A stretch of DNA of 64,000 bases from an uncultured Gammaproteobacteria bacterium (GTDB taxonomy: Bacteria; Patescibacteriota; Microgenomatia; Levybacterales; UBA12049). The notes below the pieces were generated by a model. That model ran no database searches and had not been told where the DNA came from. It saw nothing but the letters and a program-made list of their open reading frames with translations. Below, piece by piece: positions 36,716 through 46,879 of the stretch. Position 1 is the first letter of the stretch. Every line of letters starts with the position of its first letter. The stretch is from assembly GCA_964553245.1 (NCBI GenBank), contig CAZKJM010000001.1, positions 81,806-145,805 of the forward strand, given 5' to 3'. A program made the position numbers and the translations under genes.

Positions 36716-38497
36716 TTATTTTTTAAATAAGTTCATATTTTTATTAAACTCTTTCCTGTCTAAAAAGGGATATAGATCTTCCAATGGTCTTGATTCTAAT
36801 ATCCCGTCTTTCCTTTGATAAGTTGATGTTCTTGGAATTCTTTCCTGATTATATTCAATATTAACTTCGCATAACGCCGGTGAATTATTTTTCAAGACAT
36901 CTCTTATCTTTTTTTCTACTTCGTCATTATTTGAAATGCAATAATATTTAAGCTTATATGCGCTTGCAATATCTTTAAAATCTGGATTTATAACACCTGT
37001 ATTCTTATCTGCTCCAACTAATCTCCCTTTAAACAAATTATTTTGCGTATCTCTAATTGATTTATATCCTTCATTGTTAAAAACAAAAATTTTCAGTGGT
37101 AATTTATTAAAAGAGATCGTGCTAAGCTCTTGGATATTAAATTGAAAACTACCATCACCGGTGACTACAATTGTTTTTTTTCTGTTATTCGCTAAACAAG
37201 CCCCAATTCCAGCTGGTAAACACCAACCCATTTGTCCGAAATTTTTATTAACATAAAGTCTCTGATTTTTCTTGATCTTAAAAGACTGAATAATACTAAC
37301 TATGTCTTGACCCATTCCTGTAACTACGGTATTCTCAGACATAAGTAATTCTGAAAGTTTATACACAAAATAATAACTGTTAACATAATTTGTTTTTTTT
37401 AAATGGAGAGGATCTAAAATCCCATATCTATTTTTCCAATCACTACAAGCTCTAGCCCACTTTTTATCAAATTTAACATTTAACTTACGCGATATCTCAT
37501 ATATTTTTTTAAGAAAAAATGCTGCATCTGTATTTATCTTCAAATCAATTTCCATATCGTCTTTTTCCAGCTCTGATTTGTCTATATTAACCATAATAAT
37601 TTTTGCATTACGTCCAAAATCTTTTCTGTTAAATCCTGTCGATGCCACATTTAAACTCGCACCGATTGAAATAATTAAATCTGAATTCTGAAGCACAAAA
37701 TTTGCTCTTCGCTGTCCTTTTGGACCATATCTTCCCATATATGACGGGAGATCCTCAGAAAACATATCCAAACCGTTTTCATCCGTAACAACAGGAACTT
37801 TAAAATTATTAATAAATTTATGAAGTATTTGAATCCCGCCTGCTAATCTAATTCCGTTTCCCGCAATAATTAATGGTCTACTAGATTCTTTTAATAACTT
37901 AGTTAGTTTACCAAATTGTTTTTTATCAAAAATATTTTTTTTTCTAGGAGGAATAAATTGTGTAAAACTGCTCTTTTCTATTTCAGCATTCTGTACATCA
38001 AGTGGAATACTGATCCAAACTGGCCCTGGTCTGCCTGATGTAGCCTCATAAAAGGCCTTTTGCAAGTTAAACTGGACATCAGAAGGATTTAAAAGTTGAA
38101 CTGCATATTTTGTAATCGGTTTTACCATGTCTATTATATTTATTTCTTGCGGTCCTTTTTGCCTTGATTTTGTGTAATCTGCAATTATTTCTTTTTTTAC
38201 CTGTCCTGAAATTACAATCATTGGAATAGAGTCAACCCAAGCAGCGGCCACACCTGTTATCGCATTAGTTCCACCTGGGCCAGATGTAACAACACATGCC
38301 GACACGCCATTTTTCATCCTAGCATAACTTTCTGCGCAAGTAGCTGAAGCTTGCTCATGGAAATTAGCACAATATCTAATGTTCTTATTCCTATAGATGG
38401 CATCAAGAAGATACATTATTCCCCCACCAGATACCAAGAAGATGTCTTTTATCCCTTTCTTTTCTAGAAAACTTATTACAAATTCTGAAACGGTCAT
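36716..38497 (-). CDS. thiamine-pyrophosphate-dependent enzyme, acetolactate-synthase-large-subunit-like (YerE-like candidate)
   Basis: 593 aa. N-terminal TPP Pyr domain (FLVSGGGIMYLLDAIY), a central domain, and a C-terminal TPP-binding domain with GDGSFQFNIQEL (GDG-x24-30-N motif). Confidence 0.75.
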   Translation of the reverse strand: MTVSEFVISFLEKKGIKDIFLVSGGGIMYLLDAIYRNKNIRYCANFHEQASATCAESYARMKNGVSACVVTSGPGGTNAITGVAAAWVDSIPMIVISGQVKKEIIADYTKSRQKGPQEINIIDMVKPITKYAVQLLNPSDVQFNLQKAFYEATSGRPGPVWISIPLDVQNAEIEKSSFTQFIPPRKKNIFDKKQFGKLTKLLKESSRPLIIAGNGIRLAGGIQILHKFINNFKVPVVTDENGLDMFSEDLPSYMGRYGPKGQRRANFVLQNSDLIISIGASLNVASTGFNRKDFGRNAKIIMVNIDKSELEKDDMEIDLKINTDAAFFLKKIYEISRKLNVKFDKKWARACSDWKNRYGILDPLHLKKTNYVNSYYFVYKLSELLMSENTVVTGMGQDIVSIIQSFKIKKNQRLYVNKNFGQMGWCLPAGIGACLANNRKKTIVVTGDGSFQFNIQELSTISFNKLPLKIFVFNNEGYKSIRDTQNNLFKGRLVGADKNTGVINPDFKDIASAYKLKYYCISNNDEVEKKIRDVLKNNSPALCEVNIEYNQERIPRTSTYQRKDGILESRPLEDLYPFLDRKEFNKNMNLFKK

Positions 38498-39414
38498 TGT
38501 TTAATACTTTTTAAAATGGAACTCTCAATTTGATCAATTGATAATTCATTAACTTTTCTCATATACTCTTGTGAACCGATGCTTCTAGTAAAATGGTCTC
38601 TTACTCCTAGTCTTCGAAAGGGAATCTTTATTAAGTTTTCTGCAAGTACTTCAGCAACTAGACTTCCTAATCCTCCTGTTAAAAAATGTTCTTCAAGTGT
38701 AAAAATTCCTCCAGTCTTTTTTGCTGATTCCACAATAATATCAATATCTAAAGGTTTAATCGTATGCATACTAATAAGCCTTGAGGCAATATTTTTTTTA
38801 TCTAATTTCTCGCATACTTCAAGACCAGTACTTAACATACTACCAGTGGTTATCAGAGTAACATCTTTTCCTTCTCGTATAAGGCGACCTTTTCCCATCT
38901 TAAGGGAAAAATTTTTATTCCAGGTAATTTTTTTATCCAATCTTCCTAATCTAATATATACAGGTCCCTTTATCTTTATTGCTTCTTTTGTAACAAATCC
39001 AACCTCCATAGAATCTGCTGGGGAAAAAATTGTCATATTGGGGAGCGTTCTTAAAATGCCAATATCTTCGAGGGCATGATGAGTATGTCCATATGGACCA
39101 TATGTGAATCCTGCTCCCATTCCAACAATTTTTACGTTTAGATTTTGGTAGCAAATATCATTTCTTATTTGTTCAAAATTCCTCATTGTACAAAATGGAA
39201 TTATTGAATAAATGATAGGAATTTTATCTTCAATTGCCATACCCGCTGCAACTCCTGTCATATTCTGCTCTGCAATTCCTGCATTTAAATATTGTTTAGG
39301 AAATTGATTAATAAAACTTTCAAAAACTGAAAATCCTAAATCACCTGTTAATAAATGAATTTTACAATTTTTCTTTGCTAACTCTTCTAATGTTTTTATA
39401 AAAGTTGTTCTCAT
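38494..39414 (-). CDS. split transketolase, C-terminal (pyrimidine-binding plus C-terminal domain) subunit
   Basis: 306 aa resembling TktB-type subunits (LTGDLGFSVFESF...AEQNMTGVAAGMA...). It is adjacent to the N-terminal subunit gene. Confidence 0.75.
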   Translation of the reverse strand: MRTTFIKTLEELAKKNCKIHLLTGDLGFSVFESFINQFPKQYLNAGIAEQNMTGVAAGMAIEDKIPIIYSIIPFCTMRNFEQIRNDICYQNLNVKIVGMGAGFTYGPYGHTHHALEDIGILRTLPNMTIFSPADSMEVGFVTKEAIKIKGPVYIRLGRLDKKITWNKNFSLKMGKGRLIREGKDVTLITTGSMLSTGLEVCEKLDKKNIASRLISMHTIKPLDIDIIVESAKKTGGIFTLEEHFLTGGLGSLVAEVLAENLIKIPFRRLGVRDHFTRSIGSQEYMRKVNELSIDQIESSILKSIKQ

Positions 39415-40223
39415 TCTATTATTTTAAGTTTTCTTAAATTATCCTCTGTAATTGACTTATAATGCGATTCAACAGTTGCCTCATTCTCAATAACTCCACC
39501 TTTTCCTTTAATCGTATGTGCTATTAAAACAGAAGGCTTATCTTTTTCAAACGGTAAATTTTCAAGAGATGAGATAATTTCCTCAATATTATGACCATTA
39601 GCTTCCTTTGTTGCCCATCCAAAACATTCCCATTTTTTTGCAAAAGGTTCAAGATTTAAAACCTCATTCGTTGCCCCAAAGCCCTGAAAACCATTGTAGT
39701 CAATTATTGCAATTAAATTATCAAGCTTATGATGTCCCGAGAAAAGGATTGCTTCCCAAACAGATCCCTCATCGCATTCGCCATCGGAAAGAAGAACGAA
39801 TACTTTATGCTTTTTTTTGTCAAGTTTGCCTACGTATGCCATTCCTGCAGCCATAGACAATCCATGTCCCAGTGATCCGGCTGAAACCTCTACGCCAGGA
39901 ACGCAATTTCTGGTTGAGTGACCAGGTAATTTTCCTCCATCTTTTTCATAACTTTTAAGGATCTCTTTATTAAAAAAACCTCTCTCTGCTAAAACAGCAT
40001 AAAGTGCCTTTACATCATGTGCCTTGCTTAGAATTAGCCTATCTCTGTTTACGTTGTTTGGGTCATTTGGGAAAATGTTTAATATTTTAAAGTATAAAGA
40101 AACTAAAATTTCTACGCTTGATAAAGAACCTCCAACATGTGCGCTTTTAGCACGATAGCTCATGAGCAGAATTTCCTTTCTTACATTTTCGCAGATTTTT
40201 AAAAGCTTTCTGTCTTCAGGCAT
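39411..40223 (-). CDS. split transketolase, N-terminal (TPP-binding) subunit
   Basis: 270 aa with SAHVGGSLSSVEILVSLYF...GSLGHGLSMAAGMA...LLSDGECDEG. Confidence 0.75.
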   Translation of the reverse strand: MPEDRKLLKICENVRKEILLMSYRAKSAHVGGSLSSVEILVSLYFKILNIFPNDPNNVNRDRLILSKAHDVKALYAVLAERGFFNKEILKSYEKDGGKLPGHSTRNCVPGVEVSAGSLGHGLSMAAGMAYVGKLDKKKHKVFVLLSDGECDEGSVWEAILFSGHHKLDNLIAIIDYNGFQGFGATNEVLNLEPFAKKWECFGWATKEANGHNIEEIISSLENLPFEKDKPSVLIAHTIKGKGGVIENEATVESHYKSITEDNLRKLKIIE

Positions 40224-40239
40224 AAAGCTTATTTTAGTA

Positions 40240-42324
40240 TTATTTTACTGATTCGTAAAGAGATATTGTATTAAATGAATTTTTATTAATTTGCTTGTAT
40301 TTCTCTTCTATTATCTTTTCGATTTCCGGAGTTAAAAACTCATATTCCCCAACATGATATATTTTTGTTACAAAAACTTTATATTTTTTATTATCTCTTA
40401 AAAATTTAATTAGCCTATCTACATCCTCTTTTAAGAAAAGCTCCATTAATCCTGGTGAATCAAAAGCAGAAACTGTATCAGATTCTGCATAATATACACT
40501 TGGAAAACTAGAAATTATAATAATTTTTTCCTTTTTGTTTGTATGTTTTTTAATAAAATTTATCTCTGATATTATCTCTCTTGAATTATCTGGATCGTTA
40601 GTTAATTTTTTAAAAATATATTTAACATTGTTTACATTTCCCACTGAAAAATTGGTAAAATTTTCAACCCAATAAGGTAGATACGATAACATAAATAAAA
40701 ATAAAATAATAAAAAAGATAAAGTTGTGATAAAGTTTTAACCCATACTTTTTATAAAAATAAAATAGGTCATCGGTATATATAATTAATAAAAGCACAAA
40801 GCTATACATCGGCCCCCACAAATTTGAATCAACACTCCTTCCTTGGTAAAAAGAAAACGTTCCCAAACCAAGAATTGATAATAAAAATATAATGACTGGT
40901 CGGTCTTTGTTATCGCATTTTTCTATAAACGCTTGTATTGAATATATCAAACCTATTATATATGTAATAAAAACGATATTCCACGGATGAATAAGCTTCA
41001 TTTTTATCATATTAAATCCCATTAGATAATAATGGGTCTGGGATTTAAGGAATAAATTTAAATCTGGAAATATTCCTCTTGTTATGAAAATATACAAGGA
41101 ATAAATAATCAATAATGCTAAAAAGATAAATATAATTTTTACAAAATGTTTAAATATTTCTTTTATCGCCGACCTAAAGCCGGATCGAAAAATTTCGTAA
41201 TATGAAATTGAAGCTAACCATGTAATAAAAATGATTATTCCGGTATCTGCATTCCATAAAACGGAAGCTGAGGCAACTATTGAGTTAATATAATAAGTTA
41301 AGCTACTTTTATTTTTAAAATATAAATATGAAATAAATATAAACAATGAAGGGAAAAAAATCCTAATAGGCACAAACTGAAAATAAGGATCATTTTGAAA
41401 ACCTGGCAGTATATATCCACCAGCCATAAAATAAAAAATAAAATAAAAAGATATACCAATAAAACTTATAAATCTATTTTTAATAAAATATTTAATAAAC
41501 AAAGAAATTATCGTTATGGATACTCCTGAAAGGAATGCCATAATAACCGTAAATTTAAAAACACTAATTCCACCTGTCAACTTAAATAATGGCTCAAGAA
41601 AATGAGGATATAACCCGTATAGATTTATAAAATTATTAGTGAGTAAAGCTTTACCCGCATAAGACTGAGACACGGAATAAAAAACAGTTTCTAAATTATG
41701 CGCTCTTTCGTAATTTGATATTCCTGTTACAATTAAATCTTCTACATCGAAAATTTTTTGTGAAAAGATAGAAAAAAATATTATAAATATTAATCCTTTA
41801 AATAAATAATTTGTAATTTTTGTTGACAATCGGATTTTTTTTATTATTTTAATTTTTAAAAAAACAAAAGCTGTTAGTAATGTAATGGAAAAGTATAAAA
41901 GGGGATATTTGTAAGCATAGCTGTTTTTAATGTAGTCATTAAATTCTTTAAAATCATAATAAATTAAAAGTAACGTTACCACTAAGCTTAATAAAAAAGA
42001 AAGTAAATATAAATAACTTATTCTTTTTTTTATTTTATTTAAAACTTTTTTAAAAATATAAAAAGATAAATATGAAAAAATAGGTAATAGAAATATTGAT
42101 GATATATATTGAATCCTCTCTATAGGTTCAGGGGAAAAATAAATTCTATCTCTAACTGACAGCCTAATTGAAGAATTAATTATTTCTTGCACATTTGGAT
42201 CGTAGTATTTTCGAATTATAAATATTGTTATTAACAATAATATAATTGTAAGTAAAGTACTAAAAAAGAAAACTATAAAACGTTTGTACTCAGAAGTTAA
42301 TAAAATATCTTTTTTGCTAGACAC
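40240..42324 (-). CDS. polytopic membrane protein of unknown function (694 aa; many TM helices, C-terminal soluble domain)
   Basis: Hydrophobicity pattern only. It could be a polymerase or GT-C-like protein, but no motif was recognized. Confidence 0.4.
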   Translation of the reverse strand: MSSKKDILLTSEYKRFIVFFFSTLLTIILLLITIFIIRKYYDPNVQEIINSSIRLSVRDRIYFSPEPIERIQYISSIFLLPIFSYLSFYIFKKVLNKIKKRISYLYLLSFLLSLVVTLLLIYYDFKEFNDYIKNSYAYKYPLLYFSITLLTAFVFLKIKIIKKIRLSTKITNYLFKGLIFIIFFSIFSQKIFDVEDLIVTGISNYERAHNLETVFYSVSQSYAGKALLTNNFINLYGLYPHFLEPLFKLTGGISVFKFTVIMAFLSGVSITIISLFIKYFIKNRFISFIGISFYFIFYFMAGGYILPGFQNDPYFQFVPIRIFFPSLFIFISYLYFKNKSSLTYYINSIVASASVLWNADTGIIIFITWLASISYYEIFRSGFRSAIKEIFKHFVKIIFIFLALLIIYSLYIFITRGIFPDLNLFLKSQTHYYLMGFNMIKMKLIHPWNIVFITYIIGLIYSIQAFIEKCDNKDRPVIIFLLSILGLGTFSFYQGRSVDSNLWGPMYSFVLLLIIYTDDLFYFYKKYGLKLYHNFIFFIILFLFMLSYLPYWVENFTNFSVGNVNNVKYIFKKLTNDPDNSREIISEINFIKKHTNKKEKIIIISSFPSVYYAESDTVSAFDSPGLMELFLKEDVDRLIKFLRDNKKYKVFVTKIYHVGEYEFLTPEIEKIIEEKYKQINKNSFNTISLYESVK

Positions 42325-42376
42325 AGGATTATCTTACAATAAATGCTTATTTTCAACAATTAATGATAAAACTTTA

Positions 42377-43447
42377 TTATCTAATAGTTTCTATGCTTTT
42401 AGGGTTAGCTTTTTTAAACCAATCAACTGTTAATTGAATGCCCTTGTCTAAATCATACTTAGGACTCCAGCCAATTATTTTTTTTGCTAAACCATTATCT
42501 AAAGCTCTAGTTGGCACACCTTCTGGCTTTGTTTTATCAAATATTATTTTCTTTGGATAAAAATTTGTAGCATTAAATATCATTTCTACAACATCTTTTA
42601 TCTTATATCTTTTCGAAGTTCCTAAATTAACCACAGTTGCATCCTTTATTTTTTCGCATGCTAATAATGTACCGGAAACTATATCATCTAAATACGTAAA
42701 ATCTCTATCTTGCTCTCCTGTTCCCCATACAATATAAGGATCTTTTTTCTCTATAGCTCTTTTAATTAAAGCAATAATAGCATGAGTATCATTTTCGCCT
42801 GGACCATATGCAGTTACATATCTAGTAATCGATGATTTTAAACCATACTGTTTATAGTAAGCTTTTAATGTAAGCTCGCCCATTAATTTTGCCCATCCAT
42901 ATTCTTGATCTGCATTTGCCCAATTATTGTTAAATGCATCTTTTTCTTTTAATAAATACTTAGAGTTGTAACCTTTTTGTAAATCAAGAGGATAAACACA
43001 TGCAGAGCTTGCAAAAGCTACTCTCTCTACCTTTGCAAGATAAGAAGCATGAAAAACGTTTGTATTTATGGCAAAATTAGTTGAACAATCTGCGGGGTGA
43101 GTATCTATATAACCCCTTCCTCCAAAATTACAAGCCAAATGAAAAACAATGTTTTGTCCTTTAATTATGGAGATTATATCGCATAAATTTAGACAATCTG
43201 CAAAAATAAACTTATGACCTTTGTTGGTAGATATCTTTTTATTCTTATAGCTACTAAACTCAATATTTTTATCCTTAAAAATTCTTTTAATATTTGTCAA
43301 TAACCCAGTAGAAAGATTATCTACTATTGTAACTTTAGCTCCTAGATCTATTAAATTCCTAACAATGTTACTACCAATAAATCCAGCACCGCCTGTTACG
43401 CAAACTTTTTTATTTTTATAAAAACTATTTTTCGTATTACTATTCAT
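42377..43447 (-). CDS. NAD-dependent nucleotide-sugar epimerase/dehydratase
   Basis: KKVCVTGGAGFIGSNIVRNL...ASSACVYP...YGWAKL (catalytic Y-x3-K). Confidence 0.65.
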   Translation of the reverse strand: MNSNTKNSFYKNKKVCVTGGAGFIGSNIVRNLIDLGAKVTIVDNLSTGLLTNIKRIFKDKNIEFSSYKNKKISTNKGHKFIFADCLNLCDIISIIKGQNIVFHLACNFGGRGYIDTHPADCSTNFAINTNVFHASYLAKVERVAFASSACVYPLDLQKGYNSKYLLKEKDAFNNNWANADQEYGWAKLMGELTLKAYYKQYGLKSSITRYVTAYGPGENDTHAIIALIKRAIEKKDPYIVWGTGEQDRDFTYLDDIVSGTLLACEKIKDATVVNLGTSKRYKIKDVVEMIFNATNFYPKKIIFDKTKPEGVPTRALDNGLAKKIIGWSPKYDLDKGIQLTVDWFKKANPKSIETIR

Positions 43448-43477
43448 TTAAGTTTAATGATAAAATAATTATAATTT

Positions 43478-45220
43478 ATGATAAGACTATTTATTAATTT
43501 TTTCAATAACAAAAATGTGTTACGGGTATTCATTACAACTATTATTGGTTTAATACTATCTATTATTGTTAAAGAATATGGAACACTTCATTTTACAGGA
43601 ATGGATTATGGGGTACTTACGAGCGCTGCTTATCAATATTTCTTGGGATATAAACCTTATTCAGACATAATAACTGGTACACCACCTGTATATTTAATAT
43701 TAGGAAAAATATCCTTCGACCTGTTTGGAGTAAAATTTGCTTCCTTTGTATACATTACTGCAATTGTAACATTTTTCACATTCTTGTATTTGGTCTGGGT
43801 TTGGTACAAAATCTCTAATTCGTTAATCAAATCATTGATCTATTCTTTAACAGCTGAAATTGTAATAATTTTTACTTTTTCAACAATTAATTATAATCGA
43901 TTTTCGCTTATTTCAGCAACGATGTATATTTTAACCCTCATTTACTTTATAAAACAAAAAAGGCAATTATTTTCATCATTTTTATTAATAATTCAAGGAG
44001 CAATATTGCTTTTAGTGAAAGCTAATATTGCAGTTTCATTAATTCTTTTCTCTTTTATAATTTTAATTAGACTCAATAACAAAATAAAAACTTTAATAAT
44101 TTATACAACATCTTTCTTAGTATTCTTATTATTACTATCTTTTTCTAATATAAATATTTTTAATTTAATTAAAAATTATTTATGGCATGGGGGAAGAGCT
44201 TTTGATCCAAGCGTCTGGAAGATATTTATCTTAAATGGATGGGAAGTAAAACAAACATTTATTTTTTTTACTCCAATTACGGTAATTTTATTAATCTCAC
44301 TAATCGCAGTTGTAATAAATAAGTCAATCTTTAAAAAATGTAATTTACAGTTTGTATATTTTCAAATAATTTTATTGTCAGTTTTAATAGGAATAATCGG
44401 TCTTATAACAAATAACGATCTTAATTTTGTCGATGGTTTTCTAATACTTAATGGCATAATTTTAATACCCATAATTTACAAAAATATTCTCCAGAATACT
44501 AACATCTATAAAATTTATAATATCGTAATCTATGCTACATGCAGTTTTCTAATTATATACGGATTAATTATAGGAATTAATAGAGTTAATATTTCTGAGG
44601 GAGGACCAAGCTTCTTCTATGAATATGCTTATTATCCAAGCGAAAAATGCTTATTTTTATCTGATACTAAATGTCGACAACTCATCATAGGATCTACTGC
44701 AAAATTATTAAATTTAAATGTTCAAGACACAGGAAATTTTAGATACTTAGTTAAATCTAAATACTCTTTTTTTAATTCTATGCTTATTGAGCAAAATTTA
44801 GAAGAAACAGAAGATGAAATAAATAAGGTAATATTATTTTTTAAAAAAAATGGTGTAAATAAAGATAAAATAGGCTTTGGTCCAAGGATTGATTTTAATT
44901 ATGCAACTTTTAAAATTAAACCTCCTAAAGGTCCGCTATGGTGGGAAGCATTTAGTTATGTAAAACCAGATGAAAAGTTAATATCTATGGTTCAAAAATA
45001 CAGAAATAATAATAAATTGATTTTTATTCATCTAAAACAAATTTATCAATTTTATCCTCCTTTATTATATGGTGGATATATAATTAGCGAACATGATCTA
45101 GTTCAAACAAGCATGTTAGATATCTGGTTTAACAAGCAAGATAAGCAAACACAAAAAATAAAAGAAGCTTATAAAAAAATGCTAAAAGATGAAGGTATTG
45201 AATATATCGAATCCGAATAG
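43478..45220 (+). CDS. polytopic membrane protein, GT-C-like (first loop HFTGMDYGVL...TPPVYLIL), C-terminal soluble domain
   Basis: 580 aa with about 12 TM helices, on the plus strand. Confidence 0.45.
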   Translation: MIRLFINFFNNKNVLRVFITTIIGLILSIIVKEYGTLHFTGMDYGVLTSAAYQYFLGYKPYSDIITGTPPVYLILGKISFDLFGVKFASFVYITAIVTFFTFLYLVWVWYKISNSLIKSLIYSLTAEIVIIFTFSTINYNRFSLISATMYILTLIYFIKQKRQLFSSFLLIIQGAILLLVKANIAVSLILFSFIILIRLNNKIKTLIIYTTSFLVFLLLLSFSNINIFNLIKNYLWHGGRAFDPSVWKIFILNGWEVKQTFIFFTPITVILLISLIAVVINKSIFKKCNLQFVYFQIILLSVLIGIIGLITNNDLNFVDGFLILNGIILIPIIYKNILQNTNIYKIYNIVIYATCSFLIIYGLIIGINRVNISEGGPSFFYEYAYYPSEKCLFLSDTKCRQLIIGSTAKLLNLNVQDTGNFRYLVKSKYSFFNSMLIEQNLEETEDEINKVILFFKKNGVNKDKIGFGPRIDFNYATFKIKPPKGPLWWEAFSYVKPDEKLISMVQKYRNNNKLIFIHLKQIYQFYPPLLYGGYIISEHDLVQTSMLDIWFNKQDKQTQKIKEAYKKMLKDEGIEYIESE

Positions 45221-45221
45221 A

Positions 45222-45926
45222 CTAATCTGCAAATTTTATTTTTAGCAATCCTACTCCATTGCTTAACGCGATAGATGGTATTTTTTTAAAATGATAAACC
45301 TGCGTTTGTCCATCAATTCTATTTCTGTGATTTATCTGTATTTCATTTAATTCAATATTTCTTTTAATGCAAGTAGCAACGAATCCCCACCAAAAACCTT
45401 CCCTCATTCTATTTAGTAATTTTAAATGAGGAAGAATTTTTGTTTTTTTAAATAAAACAAAAGGTGCACTCGGATCATGAATTGTGCATTTGAATAAAAG
45501 CTTTAACAACAAAAAGAAAGATTTTGAATATAAAATTCGACTTCTTGAATCAGATCTATTAACTCTCCAACCAATTAAAACTTTATTTTTATCTCTTTTT
45601 TTCCAAAACTTTATTACATCCTTTGCGTCGCATTGACCGTCTGAATCAATACAGAGTACGTATTCAGAATTTGATAATTTAATTCCATCTATTACTGCTG
45701 GTCCGTATCCTCTTCTATATGGTTTTTGACTTAAAATTATCGGGTATTGATTTTTTATTTTTGACAATAGTTCCTTAGTCCCATCAGTTGATCCATCCTC
45801 GCAAATAATAAAATTATGAGATATTTTTGTTTTTTTTAAAACTTTTTCCCATTCATTTAGCACCTTTTTTATAGATTTTTTTTCATTATAAACAGGTAAG
45901 ATAATATCTATATTTTTTCTTTTCAT
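45222..45926 (-). CDS. glycosyltransferase family 2, DPM1/GtrB-like polyprenyl-phosphate sugar synthase-like (no C-terminal TM helices)
   Basis: IDIILPVYNEKKSIKKVL...FIICEDGSTDGT...IDSDGQCD. 234 aa. Confidence 0.65.
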   Translation of the reverse strand: MKRKNIDIILPVYNEKKSIKKVLNEWEKVLKKTKISHNFIICEDGSTDGTKELLSKIKNQYPIILSQKPYRRGYGPAVIDGIKLSNSEYVLCIDSDGQCDAKDVIKFWKKRDKNKVLIGWRVNRSDSRSRILYSKSFFLLLKLLFKCTIHDPSAPFVLFKKTKILPHLKLLNRMREGFWWGFVATCIKRNIELNEIQINHRNRIDGQTQVYHFKKIPSIALSNGVGLLKIKFAD

Positions 45927-46879
45927 TTAATAAAATTATACCAATTATTTACAAACTTTATAGTATTGGAAAATGTAAAATTATTTTTCCAGCCTAGTTT
46001 TTTTATTTTATTATCGTTAAGGTGTTGATACGGAATTTCATTTTTTGCGTTATTTATAATTTTATACTTAATTTTTGTTTTCAATACTTTCTCTGTTTTT
46101 TTTATTAATTCTAAAACAGATAATGTATCTTTTGATGAAAAATTAAATGCTTCTCCTCTTGTTTTTTCAAAATTTTTTAATAAAAAAATATACCCATCGA
46201 CCACATCCTTAACATACAAATAATCTCTTACGTATGAACCATCGCTTCTTATTTCTAGGATTTTATCTTCCGCTATTGCCTTGCAAATTCCAGGAATTAT
46301 TCTATTGAAGTATAAATCACCCTCTCCATAAACATTTCCAAAACGAGTAATAACAATTGGAAGATTATATGTTTTTATGTAAGTTTGGCAGATTAAGTCC
46401 ATGCATGATTTAGATACATCATAAGGATGATCTCCTTTTAGAGGAAACTCTTCTGTGTATTTTTTAATTGTTTTTCCATAAGCTTTATCGGACGAAGCAA
46501 CAATCATTCCTTTTATTTTTTTATTTTTTCTTAATTCTTCCAAGAGGTTTATTGTCCCATTAATATTTGTCTCAAATGCATCAACTGGATTTTCATATGC
46601 TTTTTCTACAATTGGCTCTGCTGCTAAATGAAAAATATATTCCGGAGTGTATTTTTTAAAAAAATTACCTAGCTTTTTTTTATCTCTTATGTCGATAATT
46701 TTCAAATCTACTTTATTTTTAAGTTTATTTAAAACAAACGTTGACTTTGGATTAACTTTTATATCTATAATAGTTACTTTTACTCCCAATTTTAGCAGCT
46801 CTTCTACTAAATGTCCTCCAATAAATCCCGTACCTCCTGTAACTAAAATTTTCTTTTTTGTTATTTCCATACTTTCCAT
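45923..46879 (-). CDS. CDP-glucose 4,6-dehydratase-like (RfbG/DdhB-type extended SDR)
   Basis: ILVTGGTGFIGGHL...ASSDKAYG...HPYDVSKSCMDL fits the CDP-glucose 4,6-dehydratase pattern (SDKxY, PYxxSKxC). It is translationally coupled to the downstream rfbF. Confidence 0.6.
   Translation of the reverse strand: MESMEITKKKILVTGGTGFIGGHLVEELLKLGVKVTIIDIKVNPKSTFVLNKLKNKVDLKIIDIRDKKKLGNFFKKYTPEYIFHLAAEPIVEKAYENPVDAFETNINGTINLLEELRKNKKIKGMIVASSDKAYGKTIKKYTEEFPLKGDHPYDVSKSCMDLICQTYIKTYNLPIVITRFGNVYGEGDLYFNRIIPGICKAIAEDKILEIRSDGSYVRDYLYVKDVVDGYIFLLKNFEKTRGEAFNFSSKDTLSVLELIKKTEKVLKTKIKYKIINNAKNEIPYQHLNDNKIKKLGWKNNFTFSNTIKFVNNWYNFIK

Noticed and set aside
43461-43475. TATAAT at 43470-43475 as promoter for the plus-strand gene 43478..45220
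   Set aside because: It ends only 2 nt before the ATG, which is too close to direct initiation at that start. A TAAAAT at 43461-43466 is possible but weak. It is not reported as a feature.
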